From the IMG/VR virus record IMGVR_UViG_3300044293_000141, positions 1 through 24,176 of that record: a stretch of DNA of 24,176 nucleotides. The stretch is one strand, 5' to 3'. Of the stretch, positions 23,654 through 24,176 are shown one piece after another. A program made the position numbers and the translations under genes. The DNA comes from a virus. Its lineage: Duplodnaviria; Caudoviricetes. A model generated the notes under the pieces. That model had not been told where the DNA came from and searched no databases. It worked only from the letters and a program-made list of their open reading frames with translations. Positions within the stretch are counted from its first letter, which is position 1. Each line of letters opens with the position of its first letter.

Positions 23654-24176
23654 GCGCCACTCCTGACTTCAACAGAAATTAGTTCTGCGTCACCGCTCAT
23701 TGTGTCGTTTATGGTGTCGCTCTGCTCTCTGTAAATTTTCAGTCGATAGAAATTCCCTGCTGCAAGGCCGTCTATGCTTGTTACTATTAGTTCGGTTGTT
23801 GTGGGTACGCCGCTTGTGCCGTTTGCGGTTCCGTTGCCCTCTGTTGCAGTATCAAAAGAATCCGAATCCAAATCGGTGTTTAGATTCATAAACTGCGCTC
23901 CCCAACGAACACTTCCGCTGGTTGCACTGGTCGCCATCCAAGTTAATCGCACCTTTATTCCGCTACCTAAATTTGCGCCTTCAGGGATAACGCCAACAAA
24001 AATTGCGCTTTCGTCTGCTGAGGCGTCGGCAAAATCCAAAACCATTACAGAGTTTCGTGTGTCTATGGTTGCAAAGTTTGTTGTGGGCGGTTGATTGTCT
24101 GCGGGAGTGAATCGCTGAAATGTTTTTGTTCCAACACTGCTCCACGACAAAGTATCAACACCATTTGTAGTGAGAA
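23650..24176 (-). CDS. C-terminal part of a tail fibre-like protein (partial, starts beyond the window)
   Basis: The frame is open past the window edge: LTTNGVDTLSW, a common fibre repeat, precedes the TTG at 24150. It is followed by a beta-rich domain. Confidence 0.75.
   Translation of the reverse strand, partial: LTTNGVDTLSWSSVGTKTFQRFTPADNQPPTTNFATIDTRNSVMVLDFADASADESAIFVGVIPEGANLGSGIKVRLTWMATSATSGSVRWGAQFMNLNTDLDSDSFDTATEGNGTANGTSGVPTTTELIVTSIDGLAAGNFYRLKIYREQSDTINDTMSGDAELISVEVRSGA

Noticed and set aside
1-24176. Stop-codon reassignment, since none of the called genes ends in TAG
   Set aside because: All conserved genes are full length in code 11 with no in-frame TAG, and TAG stops are normally rare in AT-rich T4-like phages.

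Overview
A 24.2 kb piece of a large T4-like (Tevenvirinae/cyanomyovirus-like) phage genome in the standard genetic code, with two convergent blocks that meet with no gap at 9509/9510. The + strand block (1-9509) is AT-rich and mostly late. It holds a Pro/Lys repeat protein (partial), a PD-(D/E)xK exonuclease, an unannotated 42-aa membrane protein and several probable internal head proteins with T4-type I/L-x-E processing sites. It also has holin-like genes, a very short unimolecular-spanin-like lipoprotein and a 717-aa protein combining a T4 capsid-targeting-like leader, a DnaJ-type HPD motif and a glycine zipper. The - strand block carries tail/adhesin genes, dUTPase, an Nmad1-like protein, gp43 polymerase, UvsX, gp41, gp61, ThyX, a class II ribonucleotide reductase with an HNH-containing intein at its catalytic Cys, an orphan putative nuclease and a RuvC-like resolvase. 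The most notable signals are the candidate packaged J-domain/membrane protein, a 60-bp duplicated promoter-plus-start cassette bracketing dut/Nmad1 and driving a chimeric ORF, the HNH intein, and widespread predicted leaderless transcripts. All family calls come from reading motifs by eye; no searches were run.
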